Source: Candidatus Parcubacteria bacterium (GTDB lineage Bacteria > Patescibacteriota > Minisyncoccia > Sungbacterales > SURF-37). Taken from it: a stretch of DNA of 64,000 nucleotides. The position numbers and the translations under genes were made by a program. Shown here piece after piece: positions 53,588 to 63,952 of this stretch. The DNA lies in the NCBI GenBank assembly GCA_003599755.1, contig QZJO01000009.1:150362-214361 (forward strand), read 5' to 3'. How positions within the stretch are numbered: position 1 is the stretch's first letter; each line of letters opens with the position of its first letter. A model generated the notes under the pieces. The model saw nothing but the letters and a program-made list of their open reading frames with translations. It did no database searches and was not told the DNA's origin.

Positions 53588-56500
53588 TTAGAGCGTGAAG
53601 GTCTTCGGCTCGGCACCGTCAGACGGCAAGCCAGGGATCTGGAAGCCGTTGTACCAGTCCGGACCCATGATGCCGCCGCCAGAACCACTGTGCGTGGTCG
53701 TGGAGTTGCCGGACCAGATGAAGTCATCACCCGATCCTATGGCATCGTTGTTCGAACCGGTAGTCAGTGCAGTGCCGCCGGAGGTACCAGCCTGCGCGGC
53801 ATCAACATACGGCGCCGTTGTGGCGAACCCGTAGTTGATCGCGCCTGCGAGGAAGCCGGCGTCATCGTACGCCGTGGTGCCGCCACTGGTATTGGCGATT
53901 GCCGGATACCATGTGCCGTCGCCCATGAGGCGAACCGTTGCGGAGTCGCCGGTATCGGCGCCGCTCACGTCACCGCGAAGCTCGAAGTAGTACGTCGCGC
54001 CTGCGGGAATGTGGAGCGATTCTGCCGATGTGACCGCGGAAGCCGAGGTATTCGACGGGTTGAAGTAGATCGCGAAGTCCGTTGTGGTCGCGCGATCACT
54101 TTCCATGCCGTCTACCACGCTGTCGGACGAACCGAACAGCGAGCCCTGGTTCACCGGATTTGCGGCGAATGCGTCGCCCGAAAGCGTAGTACCGACTTTC
54201 GAGGTATACGCGTAGAGCTTCAGGTTGGTAACCGAGAAGTCCGTCGTGAAGACGCCACCAGATACGCCCGTAGTCTCGTCAGAAGTCGTGGAGACCTGGA
54301 AGGTCACCTTGTAGAGCGAGACGCCGTTCGTGCCCGACGGGGCAGAGACGGAGAAGCGATACAGCGGCTTGCCGCTCTGATCGGCGAAGCTCGACGAGAT
54401 ATCCCCGAGCAGCGGCGTGATCGTCGGGTATGCCCGTACGACGCGGACACCATTCGAAGCGGTATCAGCGCTCGAGGAGCGTACGGTGTCCGATGATTGC
54501 GTGCCGATGCCGTAGGTCGTCGAGAGGCCGTTTTGGTTCACCTGGTCGAAGTCGACCGCAACGAGGTGGCCTGGCCGGCCGGACTCGTTGTTGCCGATGG
54601 GTGCGAGCTGCGCTTTGACCGTGACGATCTTGTCAGTGTCTTTCGCAACCGTGAGGCCCGTGGTGGTGACGATGATGCCCGAATCCGAAGAGGATGCGGA
54701 GACCTCGCCTACCTTGGTCGAGCCGTCCCAGACCGAAAGCTTGATCAGGTCAGCCGGCGTGTTCGAGGCGGTGTTCGAGAGCTGCAGCGTAAGCTGCTTC
54801 ACGTCCATGCCTTCATTGGTCGCCGTCAGGCGGAGCTTCAGCATTTCGATTTCCTGACCCGCGAGCGCGAGGCGCGTTCCCGCTGGCGCTTCTTGCGCGA
54901 TCGTGAAGGTGCCGCCGGCCGAGAAGGTCATGAGGTTCGATACCGAGGACGAGGCCACCGCCGGGTTGATGGTGTTACCGGAGGTAAGACCGGTTCCCTG
55001 GATGGCGCTCGAGCCGTATTCGTCACCCGCGAGCGAGAACTGCGCCGATGCGCCCGTGCCGCTCTTGGAGATGTCGCACTTCACGGCAACCGTCTTCGAA
55101 GTTCCTTTCGGAACGACCAAGGCGTTGTCGAGCGTGAAGGTCAACTCGTGAATGCCTGCCGTGGACGGATTCTGAATGTTCGAACCGGTGTTGAGGGCAG
55201 TAGTGCCGTCGAACATCTGGCAGTTCGATACATCGGATGTCACGGAAGCGTGGAGCTGGACGCGCGCCTGGTTGAAGCGAACGTCTTCACCCGAGTTGGA
55301 TGCGTCGAAGATGAGGTTGGCGAAGGTGAAGGCCTGAGCGCCGCGGATCACGCTTTGCGCGGTCGGCGAGTTGCCAACCGATACGTTCACCGCGCCGGTC
55401 TTCACGGTCATCGAGACGCCCGATACGGTGCCGGTGTTGGCAGTCGTAATGGAAGCGCCCGAGGTTTCGCCGCGAACCGAGGTCCAGTCGGAGTTCGGCG
55501 TAGTCGAAGCGGACACCAAGGTGTCGGCATCGAAGTCCGTCGAGAGCTTGCCCTTCAGGACGTAGACATTCTTCCCGACCGGGAAGGTGACCGCATCCGT
55601 GTAGGTGAAGACCATCTGGCCGTCGGCCGTGCCGGAGCCGTCCTTCGGACCCGCAACGACCGCGCCCGTCGCGTTGTTGACGAGTTTGACGTCGGTGTAA
55701 TCGGCTTCGGTAACGTTGGAGTCGTTCTTATTGGTCGAGACGCGCACGACGATAGAGGAAACCGTAATCGGTTCACCCTTCACGTCGACGTCGAAGGCGC
55801 CGAGCACCTGGTCGTTCAGGTTAACCGCAATGTTCTGCGCCTGAACGGCGTTCGATGCGGTAACCGTGAGCGTACCGTTGCCGACGGTCGCTTCGTATGC
55901 GTCCCATACCGGGTTCACGTCGTCGTCGAGCGTGCCGTCGTCGTCGGTCTGCGAATCATTCTGGTCGGAAGATACCGCCGGCGTAAGGCCGAACCCGAAC
56001 TGCTTGCCGACAACATAGATGTCGGTCAGGCGGTAGAGGTCAAAGTCCACACCGCGGTTTGATCCGCCTTCGATATCGCCTTTGACGTACACCTCAACGC
56101 TGTTGCCTTTCTTGATGTCCACGCCGCTGCCGAAGGAAGCCGAGTAGTACTTGCCGTCGGAGGAAATGACTGCGGCGTGATCCGTGCCGCCCACGTTGAT
56201 GACCACGTTCTTCAGGTCAGACGCTGCAGCCGAACCGGACTGGTTGAAGGTGATCGACTTCAAGCTTACGTCCTCGTCCGAACCCGCGGTCAGGCGGAGG
56301 CCGGTGAAGATGTAGCCCTTGGTGCCGATTTCCTTGGTCTGGCCGGATCCCGGATCGTTCACGCCCTTTTGGAAGGTGAGCGAGCCGATGGTCAGGGTCG
56401 CGTTCATGGTGATGGAGCTGCCGACGATCGGAAGCGAACCGCTCACCGAGGACGAACCCGCATCAACCGCGACAACCGCAAACCGCGCGATGGAACCGCC

Positions 56501-57297
56501 GTCAGTTCCTGACGCGGGGCGGTTAAAGGCAATCGTCAGCGTGCGGGATGTTCCGCGCGCAACCGTGAACTTTTCGTTCAAGATCGCCTGGTGGTTCGAG
56601 TTGAGGGTCTTGGAGATGCCGATCTGGAGGCCGTTCTCATCGAGGAGTACGACGCCCGAAACCGACGAATCGTTTGCCGGGCCCTGGCGCTCCACCGTGA
56701 TGGAGTTGACCGTCACGTCACCGTCAGCAGAGGCGGTAAGCGTGATCTTGGTTGCCGGGACGCGCGCGGCGTTCAACGGAGCGAGCGAGTCGCCCGGTTG
56801 GGACGCCGTGGATACCGAGAGGCCGGAGCCAACCGGTCCCGGAGGCGTCGGCGTACCCGGAGGCGTCGGGGTTGGCGTCGGCGTCGCAGCCATGAGCGCG
56901 TTGTACTTCGCGCGCGAGATGGAGCCGAAGTAACCGGCCGTCGGGCTTACGCCGTTTGCTGCCTGCCATTTCGATACGGCTTGCTGGGTGCGAGCACCGA
57001 AGTAGGTGGTCTCGTTCCCGGGCGAGCCGGCACCGCTGGCCGCAACTTGGTGGCCCGCGGCGTTGAGATATTTCTGCAGGCACATGACATCGTCACCCGT
57101 GACCCCGATGGTGAGGTCGCGCGTGAAGGTGCACTTGGCCGCAGTACCGCCGCCGCCTTGCTGACCAAGGAGCGCGTTCAGTTGCGCTTGCAGTTGCGCG
57201 ATCTGAGCGAGCAGCTCTTCGATCGTTACCGCGGAAGCCGTTGAGGCGCTCGCGAGCAACGCGACAGTCGAGAGAGCAACGATGACTTTCGCCATCG
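53588..57297 (-). CDS. Giant secreted cell-surface protein (1236 aa): signal peptide, coiled coil, PG_binding_1 domain, then ~1000-aa Ser/Thr/Gly-rich beta-rich region (S-layer/adhesin candidate)
   Basis: Start MAKVIVALSTVALLASASTASA preceded by SD AGGGAGG; IEELLAQIAQLQAQLNALL; PG-binding CLQKYLNAAGH...TYFGARTQQAVSKWQ; Pro/Thr linker PTPTPTPPGTPTPPGP. Confidence 0.75.
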
Positions 57298-57348
57298 TTC
57301 CTCCCTTAGGAAGAAATCTATTCATAGCGACTGATTCACTGATTAGCG

Positions 57349-57370
57349 ATTCCGCCGGATGGCGGAATCA
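57349..57370. repeat. Perfect 9-bp-arm palindrome GATTCCGCC-ggat-GGCGGAATC in leader region
   Basis: Read directly. Confidence 0.6.
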
Positions 57371-57684
57371 ATCTTCGAGGCCGGCCGCTTCGACGCGTTA
57401 GTGCGGCGCATGCCTGAAGAGTTACGGAATAATTAATGCGGATAGCGAATGGAGGTTTGTGGTGAGGATTCGCGAGGGGCTTTTTTGTGCCCGCTGCGGC
57501 CGGAACGGGAATCGAGCGGCGGATGCTACCGCCGTCCTGCAATCCCCCATCCGGACGCAGAGGGAGATCGACCGGGCCTGAAACGCGAACCCCGGGAATT
57601 GGGTAACTAAGATAGGATTCGAGAAACGTAACCTTGTTCGCTCAGTTGTCAACGTTCTGTCCGACCTGGCACATGCGTTCCAGC

Positions 57685-57733
57685 CAGGATCTCAAGCGGG
57701 TTTCCGCGGAAAAGAAACGTTCTTGAGATCCTG
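57685..57733. repeat. 12-bp-arm inverted repeat CAGGATCTCAAG ... CTTGAGATCCTG with 25-nt loop
   Basis: Read directly; potential RNA structure or protein-binding site upstream of the giant gene. Confidence 0.6.
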
Positions 57734-57876
57734 CCTGCAACTTTAGAATCACGAATAGAACTGGCTGCCAATAAATGAGGACGTGCTAAAAACGGCTCGG
57801 TAAGCCCTCACCTCATTGGCGACTGGGGTATCACTTGCCCCATTATATAGCGGCCTTTTTCCTCGGCAACCATTTA

Positions 57877-57885
57877 TGTGGATAA
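57877..57885. promoter_or_regulatory. Perfect DnaA box TGTGGATAA (reverse complement TTATCCACA)
   Basis: Exact 9-mer consensus. Confidence 0.5.
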
Positions 57886-57992
57886 GTTCTCCTGAGGAAA
57901 ACGCTGATGAGCACTATATTTCCGCACACTTTTCGCAAGAGAGCAAATCCGGTCAAAAAAGAACGAGGATGCCCTCATGCCTACGATTCGCG

Positions 57993-58001
57993 TGTGGATA
58001 A
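57993..58001. promoter_or_regulatory. Perfect DnaA box TGTGGATAA, same orientation, 116 bp from the first
   Basis: Exact 9-mer consensus. Confidence 0.5.
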
Positions 58002-58099
58002 GTAACGCCCTGCGCCGCTCACCAGCGCAATAGGCGAGGATCTGACGCTGGGACTATCCGTAGCATTCAAGAGCTATTCGAAGCTATTGCAAAAACAAA

Positions 58100-58275
58100 A
58101 TTTTATTGGATAATTTTTATCTGATCTCTATCGGACATGCCTCGAGGTATATTGACCATATAAAATGAACATTTTCCTATCAGACATCTATCGGACATAA
58201 ATATTCACGCATATCGGACATTGGTTAAAAACGCCTCAGGAATCCATAAATCCTGAGGCATTTCTATGTCCGACA
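58100..58275. repeat. AT-rich island (~30% G+C by count) with five copies of a TATCGGACAT-like 10-mer (58129, 58178 variant, 58189, 58212; inverted near-copy at 58266) and hairpin GCCTCAGG...CCTGAGGC
   Basis: Direct counting: 58081-58200 contains 37 G+C in 120 nt; repeats read directly; degenerate DnaA-like TGGATAA at 58107-58113. Confidence 0.6.
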
Positions 58276-58340
58276 AGTTTCGTTTCCGATATGGCGTCCC
58301 CTAGATCCGTTGATAGCCAAACGAAACGAATCGGATGAGC

Positions 58341-59048
58341 TCACAGAGCTTTAGCCGTTCCCCGGTTGTACGAATAGGTCGTCCAACGATTGTCCCCGTG
58401 GCGGGATATGATGCCTGCGGTAACGAGCTGAAGAAGATCGCGCTGGATGGTCTTCTCGCTGACTATTGCGTCAAACAGTTTGACGATGTCGCTGATCTGC
58501 GCGTGCTCGACGGTTTGGAGATGTTCGATGATCTTTTTCTGTCGGGCGTTGAAGAGAAGCGCGGCTGGCGCCTGTTGCTCATTCACGGCTACGGGGATGG
58601 ATGCGGCCGTTGCCTCCTCTAAACGTACGGATTCTGCCGTAGAATTGGCCGGCGCAAGCGAAGACAATGGTTTAAGCGTTACGGGCTCGGCTGGAATGGA
58701 TGCCATGACCGGCGGCTCAAACACGGCCACTGCATCGGCAAGATCCTGATAGGCCTGACACAGACGGTCTTTGTTTTCGGCGCTGACTAACCCGAGGTCG
58801 GCCGCGAGCCGAATGAGCTCTTGCGCGCCGGCCGAGGCCGCGCGCACCATGTCGCTGCCCGCCTCCGATCCGCCGAGAATCGTGACCGCTGCCACGGCCG
58901 AAATCACCTCGGCCGCTTTTTGCCGAAGCGTGGTGCGCAACGCCGGATCGAACCATTCCGGATTGCTGACGCGCCAGACCGCTTGCGCGGCCGCGAGCGC
59001 CCGCGAGCGCAATTGAGCCGCTTGTTCTTGAAATTCACTACTGGGCAT
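58341..59048 (-). CDS. Putative regulator: N-terminal four-helix-bundle-like domain fused to C-terminal DeoR-type winged HTH
   Basis: C-term KKIIEHLQTVEHAQISDIVKLFDAIVSEKTIQRDLLQLVTAGII; N-term LRQKAAEVIS...RAASAGAQELIRLAADLGLV loosely matches the four-helix-bundle family; start at MPSSEF (the ORF extends to 59195). Confidence 0.4.
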   Translation of the reverse strand: MPSSEFQEQAAQLRSRALAAAQAVWRVSNPEWFDPALRTTLRQKAAEVISAVAAVTILGGSEAGSDMVRAASAGAQELIRLAADLGLVSAENKDRLCQAYQDLADAVAVFEPPVMASIPAEPVTLKPLSSLAPANSTAESVRLEEATAASIPVAVNEQQAPAALLFNARQKKIIEHLQTVEHAQISDIVKLFDAIVSEKTIQRDLLQLVTAGIISRHGDNRWTTYSYNRGTAKAL

Positions 59049-59283
59049 ACGATGCGGCCATCCTAGCGAGCTTAAAAAATATTCGCAAACAGAAGAGCGC
59101 CGACACGGAATGCCGACATTCTTCCGTCGGCCCGCGTCGGCGCTGGCTATTTGTCCTTCCGTTCCCACGGCGGAGATCTGCGGCATGCGCCGCATCGACC
59201 CGTTCCCTGGGTAGACATCTGTGACACCTGTGCGCCGCAGAGTTCACAGTTGACCAGAAGCGGCAGCATCCCCATCCCCCTCC

Positions 59284-59550
59284 CTACCGCCGCTTCGCGT
59301 AGACGCGGAACGTCTCCTCGGTGACATTCATGATCCTCGCCTCGCGGCCCGCGGAGAGCCAGAGCTCCATCGCCTCCATTTCCGGGATCGAATAGCGTTC
59401 GGCGATGGTGGCGAGCTCGCCGGCCTGGAGATTGCACTCCTCTGCGATCTGGGCTTCGCTCATCTCGCTGTCACAACCGACCGCATTGCGGGTCGCGATG
59501 AAGCGGAGATACTCCTTGGCACTCGACTTATACTTCTGCGTTCCATCCAT
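59284..59550 (-). CDS. Small (88 aa) HTH-containing hypothetical protein
   Basis: Strong SD GAGGAGG 6 nt upstream; MSEAQIAEECNLQAGELATIAERY helix-turn-helix-like segment. Confidence 0.45.
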   Translation of the reverse strand: MDGTQKYKSSAKEYLRFIATRNAVGCDSEMSEAQIAEECNLQAGELATIAERYSIPEMEAMELWLSAGREARIMNVTEETFRVYAKRR

Positions 59551-59562
59551 ACTCTACCTCCT

Positions 59563-59853
59563 CTATCGAATCGGAATGCCTTGCCCGCGATCGCGCTCCT
59601 TCAGGCGGTCTTTCAGCGGCGAGCCGCTGTAGTTCACCCAGTAGCGTCGATGTGTGTGCACCAACGGTCGGCCCGGTGCGCGGCTCTCCACGAACGTCTG
59701 GCGATCCTCCGGTCTCGCATCGCGAAATACTTCGATGAGCACCACATCCCCTCGCCACTCGATGTGTCGCAAGGCAGTTCGCGGCGTGACGATTTCAGTC
59801 AGGAACTGTTCGAGCCCGAATGGCGCAGCCAGTCGATTCATAATCGTGGCCAT
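59563..59853 (-). CDS. Hypothetical protein (96 aa)
   Basis: SD AGGAGG 7 nt upstream; AT-rich TATAAT-containing region upstream; no motif recognised. Confidence 0.45.
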   Translation of the reverse strand: MATIMNRLAAPFGLEQFLTEIVTPRTALRHIEWRGDVVLIEVFRDARPEDRQTFVESRAPGRPLVHTHRRYWVNYSGSPLKDRLKERDRGQGIPIR

Positions 59854-59889
59854 TGCTATCCTCCTGTCTCAGGAAAAACATAATATTAT

Positions 59890-59934
59890 AAGAAAGTCAA
59901 ATATGCTACCGACCTGCCGTGTGGCAGGTCGGTA
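59890..59934 (-). terminator. Intrinsic terminator after clpB
   Basis: Perfect 12-bp stem TACCGACCTGCC-gtgt-GGCAGGTCGGTA followed on the minus strand by GCAUAUUUGACUUUCUU. Confidence 0.6.
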
Positions 59935-59957
59935 CACATCGCTATCGATAGAGAACT

Positions 59958-62624
59958 CTACACCGATGCGCCGACCGGCTCCTTGGTCGGCTGCGGCTGG
60001 GCTTTGCCGAAGACCACCGTGCCGTCTTTGACACTGACAAGCACCCGATCCCCCGCCTGAATCCGGCCGCTGATGATTTCTTGCGCGAGCGGGTTCAGAA
60101 CATAGGTCTGGATCGCCCGCTTGAGCGGCCGCGCGCCGTAATGCGGGTCGAATCCCTTGTTTACGATGAACGTCTTCAGTTCCGGCGTGAACGCAAGCTC
60201 CACGCCCTTGCGCGTCGTGCGCTCTTTCATGCGGCCAAGCTGGATATCCACGATCGCTTCGAGAATCGGCCTGGTCAGCGAGCTAAAGATGATGATTTCG
60301 TCCACGCGGTTCAAGAATTCGGGCCGGAAATTGCGTTCCAAGGACTTGCGGATCTTGTCTTTGAGATCCGTCTCCTCGCGCTCGCGGCTCATCTCGGCCT
60401 CCATCGCAAAGCCGATCTTCGCCAAGTCGGACATAAATTCCGAACCGATGTTCGAGGTCATGATGATGATCGCATTTTTGAAGTTGACCACGCGGCCCTT
60501 GGCATCGGTCAGCCGGCCGTTGTCGAGGATCTGCAACAGCACGTTGAACACCTCCGGGTGCGCCTTTTCGATCTCATCGAAGAGAATCACCGAGTACGGC
60601 CGGTGTTTGATCTTCTCGGTCAACTGCCCGCCTTCCTCATAGCCGACATAGCCGGGCGGCGAACCGATGAACTTGGCCACCGTGTGGCGCTCCATGTATT
60701 CGGACATGTCCACGCGGATGAGCGCCTTTTCATCGTTGAACAAAAATTCGGCAAGGGTCTTGGCCAATTCGGTCTTGCCCACGCCCGTGGGCCCGAGGAA
60801 CATGAATGACGCGATCGGCCGGTCCTCATCCTGAATACCGGCGCGCGATCTGCGCACCGCATGAGATACCTTTTCGATGGCCTCGTCCTGGCCGATAACG
60901 CGCTGTTTCAACACGTCTTCGAGGCGCAACAGCTTGTCGGTCTCGGATTCGAGCATGCGCATCACCGGGATGCCGGTCCAGCGGGCGACCACGGTCGCGA
61001 TATCCTCCTCAGTCACCTCTTCTTTCATCATCTTGCGCTCGTGCTGCACCTTCTGGAGCTTTTCTTCCGAGCCGACGAGCTCCTGCTCGGCGTTCGGAAT
61101 CAAGCCGTAGCGCAGTTCCGCGACGCGCTCAAAGTTGCCTTCGCGTTCGCGAATGTCGGACTCCTGGCGCAATTCGTCGAGTTTCTTTTTCTGGGTGCGA
61201 ATCGAAGCGATGAGATCCTTTTCCGATTGCCAGCGGCCTTCCAATTTCTTGGCTTTGGCTTTGAGCGTTTCGATTTGCTTGGCAAGCGTCGCGGTGCGCT
61301 TCTTGGCCGCGGGCTTGGTCTCCTGCTTCAAGGATTGGCGTTCGATCTCGAACTCCGCCAATTCCCGGCGAATTTCTTCCAACTCCTTGGGCATGGAATC
61401 GATTTCCAAGCGCAGGGATGAAGCCGCTTCGTCCATGAGATCCACGGCCTTGTCAGGCAAGAAGCGGTCGGTAATGTAACGCGAGGAAAGGTCCACGGCC
61501 GACGTGATCGCGCTGTCGGCGATGCGCACGCCATGATGCACCTCGTAGCGCTGCTTCAAGCCGCGCAAAATCGTGACTGCCTCTTCGAGCGACGGCTCTT
61601 CGACGTACACCGGCTGGAACCGCCGCGCGAGCGCGGGGTCTTTTTCAATATGCTTATGATATTCCTTGAGGGTCGTGGCGCCGATGGCCCGAAGTTCGCC
61701 GCGCGCCAAGGCGGGCTTCAGCATGTTCGAAGCATCAATCGCGCCTTCGGCCGCGCCCGCACCCACGATGGTATGCAACTCGTCGATGAAAATGATGTAT
61801 TTGCCCTGCTGGCGCTCCAACTCGCGCAGGATCGCCTTCAAGCGGTCCTCAAACTCGCCGCGGTACTTCGTTCCGGCCACCAATGAGCCCAAATCCAAAC
61901 TAATCAGCTCTTTTTCCTTGAGCGACTCGGGCACCTCGCCCGAGACGATACGCTCGGCCAAGCCCTCGACGATCGCGGTCTTGCCCACGCCCGCCTCGCC
62001 GATGAGCACGGGATTGTTTTTCGTCCGACGGCTCAATACCTGCATCACGCGGCGGATTTCCTCGTCGCGGCCGATAACCGGATCGAGTTTTTCCTCGCGC
62101 GCGAGCTTCGTGAGGTTGCGCGCGTATTTCTCAAGCACGTTGAATTTCGCTTCGGGCTCGGGGTCGGTAATGCGCTGTGCGCCGCGCAGTTCCCCGAGCG
62201 CCTTCATAACGGTCTCGTGATTCACGCCATGCTCGGCCAACAGATCCTTGGCCAAGGACGGCACCATGGTCAGCGCGAGGAACAAATGCTCCACCGAGAT
62301 GAATTCGTCCTTCATCTGGCCGGCTTCGCGATGCGCTTGCTCCATGACGCGGCCCAAATCCTGGGATAAATACAAGGACGCGATGCCGCCGCCCCCGCTC
62401 ACGCGCGGCTGGCGGTCCAGAGTATCCAAAAGTTTTTCCGAAAACTGCGCAACGTCCTGCCCGATGCGGTCTAATACCTCGTCGATCGTGCCTTCTTCCT
62501 GCAGCACGAGCGCGGCGAGGATGTGCAACGGAGTAATTTGCTGGTGCGAGCGCTCGACGGCCAAATCGTGCGCGCGTTTAAGGGCTTCTTGGGCTTTGAT
62601 GGTGAAATTGTTGAACGGAGTCAT
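59958..62624 (-). CDS. clpB: ATP-dependent chaperone ClpB (Hsp100, two AAA+ modules with middle coiled-coil domain)
   Basis: Clp N-domain repeats, Walker [16 protein letters not shown] and [15 protein letters not shown], long coiled-coil M-domain, 888 aa. Confidence 0.95.
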   Translation of the reverse strand: MTPFNNFTIKAQEALKRAHDLAVERSHQQITPLHILAALVLQEEGTIDEVLDRIGQDVAQFSEKLLDTLDRQPRVSGGGGIASLYLSQDLGRVMEQAHREAGQMKDEFISVEHLFLALTMVPSLAKDLLAEHGVNHETVMKALGELRGAQRITDPEPEAKFNVLEKYARNLTKLAREEKLDPVIGRDEEIRRVMQVLSRRTKNNPVLIGEAGVGKTAIVEGLAERIVSGEVPESLKEKELISLDLGSLVAGTKYRGEFEDRLKAILRELERQQGKYIIFIDELHTIVGAGAAEGAIDASNMLKPALARGELRAIGATTLKEYHKHIEKDPALARRFQPVYVEEPSLEEAVTILRGLKQRYEVHHGVRIADSAITSAVDLSSRYITDRFLPDKAVDLMDEAASSLRLEIDSMPKELEEIRRELAEFEIERQSLKQETKPAAKKRTATLAKQIETLKAKAKKLEGRWQSEKDLIASIRTQKKKLDELRQESDIREREGNFERVAELRYGLIPNAEQELVGSEEKLQKVQHERKMMKEEVTEEDIATVVARWTGIPVMRMLESETDKLLRLEDVLKQRVIGQDEAIEKVSHAVRRSRAGIQDEDRPIASFMFLGPTGVGKTELAKTLAEFLFNDEKALIRVDMSEYMERHTVAKFIGSPPGYVGYEEGGQLTEKIKHRPYSVILFDEIEKAHPEVFNVLLQILDNGRLTDAKGRVVNFKNAIIIMTSNIGSEFMSDLAKIGFAMEAEMSREREETDLKDKIRKSLERNFRPEFLNRVDEIIIFSSLTRPILEAIVDIQLGRMKERTTRKGVELAFTPELKTFIVNKGFDPHYGARPLKRAIQTYVLNPLAQEIISGRIQAGDRVLVSVKDGTVVFGKAQPQPTKEPVGASV

Positions 62625-62640
62625 GCGTGATGTGCTACGA

Positions 62641-62677
62641 ATTTGCCGTCAGTATAGCAAAAATCCGGCAAAAATCA
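62641..62677 (-). promoter_or_regulatory. clpB promoter (-35 TTGATT, 16-nt spacer, -10 TATACT) with inverted repeat TTTGCCG...CGGCAAA bracketing the -10
   Basis: Reverse complement of 62650-62655 = TATACT and of 62672-62677 = TTGATT; IR arms at 62641-62647 and 62665-62671. Confidence 0.5.
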
Positions 62678-62737
62678 AGGATCCTCGATACCGCATCATT
62701 ATCTCTATTACCGCGCGGCCAAGATCTTGGTCAGCGG

Positions 62738-63952
62738 CTAGGGTGTCGGCCGCTCGGCAAGCTCTACGGTAACCGTAAACGTGTCGTTTCCCCGCCGCAC
62801 CGCGAGGCGCACGGAGTCGCCGGCCTTGCGTTCGCGGATCAAGCTGGCGAGCGGGCGGTCCAGATTCACGGCCGTACCGTCGAACTCCACGATAATATCG
62901 CCCTCGACGAGACCCGCCGCGGCTGCGGGACTGCCTTGAATCACCGCGCTCGAGCCTTCGCCGCCGACCAAGAGCGCGCCCTGATCCACGGGGAGATTCC
63001 GCTCCTCGGCCAGTTCTTTGGTGATCAGCTGGTAGCGGATACCCAAGTACGGATACACGATGCGGCCCCGTTCGCGCACGCTCTCGACATCGCGCCGCGC
63101 ATAGTTCGACGGTATGGCAAAGCCGATGTTTTCGGCGCCGCTGGCCATTGCCACGTTGACGCCGATAACCTCGCCGCGCAGGTTCAAAAGCGGCCCGCCC
63201 GAATTGCCGGGATTGATGGCCGCATCGGTCTGGATCAGTTCCTGCAATTCCTCTACTTCGCCGCGGCCGCCGCTGGCGAATACGCTCCGGTGCAGGCCGG
63301 AAACCACGCCGACGCTCACCGTGTTCGAGAACTCGCCGAGCGCGTTGCCGATGGCGATCGCGGTCTGGCCCGGCTTGATAGCGTTGGCATCGCCAAACGC
63401 GAGTATGGGCAGATTCTCGCGATCCACGCGCAGCACCGCCAAATCCTGGAATTCATCACGCGCAAGCACGCGGGCCGGCGCGCTCGAGCCGTCGTTGAAA
63501 AACACCGTATAATCCGCGGTCGTGTCGGCCACAACGTGGCGATTCGTGATGATCAATCCGTCGGCCGAGACGATGAATCCCGATCCGGCCGAAATCTCTT
63601 GGCGTTCGGTCTGGCCGGGATCTTCGGGCGTGATGCCGAAAAATTGCTGAAAGAACGGATCCTCGGCAAACGGTGAAAACCGGTCCACGACCGGCACGTC
63701 CTTGGCCGCGACAATGCTGACGACCGCCGGCGACGCGCGCGCCACGACCGCAACCACGGCCTCCTCATGCGCCTGCGCTTGCTCTTGGTCTTGGGCAAGA
63801 ACGTTTTGCGCCGTGTCGGCAAGTCGCGCCACGATGTCGGCCGGCCGCTCGCCGGTTACCAGGCCGTAGGTCGCCGCTGCCGTCAATGCCGAACTGCCGA
63901 TCGCGACCGCGACCACCAACGCCAAAAATTGTTTTCTAGTCCACGCTTCCAT
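62738..63952 (-). CDS. htrA: HtrA/DegP-family periplasmic serine protease (trypsin-like domain + PDZ)
   Basis: N-terminal TM/signal; catalytic-triad context IITNRHVV (His), GNSGGPL (Ser); C-terminal PDZ-like GDIIVEFDG. Confidence 0.9.
   Translation of the reverse strand: MEAWTRKQFLALVVAVAIGSSALTAAATYGLVTGERPADIVARLADTAQNVLAQDQEQAQAHEEAVVAVVARASPAVVSIVAAKDVPVVDRFSPFAEDPFFQQFFGITPEDPGQTERQEISAGSGFIVSADGLIITNRHVVADTTADYTVFFNDGSSAPARVLARDEFQDLAVLRVDRENLPILAFGDANAIKPGQTAIAIGNALGEFSNTVSVGVVSGLHRSVFASGGRGEVEELQELIQTDAAINPGNSGGPLLNLRGEVIGVNVAMASGAENIGFAIPSNYARRDVESVRERGRIVYPYLGIRYQLITKELAEERNLPVDQGALLVGGEGSSAVIQGSPAAAAGLVEGDIIVEFDGTAVNLDRPLASLIRERKAGDSVRLAVRRGNDTFTVTVELAERPTP

Noticed and set aside
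53450-56062. 348-aa and 521-aa plus-strand ORFs opposite the giant surface-protein gene
   Set aside because: R/G/V-rich antisense translations; the minus strand encodes a signal-peptide/PG-binding protein with SD.
57336-57652. Small minus-strand ORFs (68 and 76 aa) in the giant-gene leader
   Set aside because: No SD, arginine/proline-rich odd composition; the region is better explained as structured non-coding leader or regulatory DNA.
57860-58280. Calling this region the chromosomal oriC outright
   Set aside because: No dnaA/dnaN in the window and no strand-orientation switch of flanking genes (both sides mostly minus strand); kept as a candidate origin or regulatory finding rather than a feature call.
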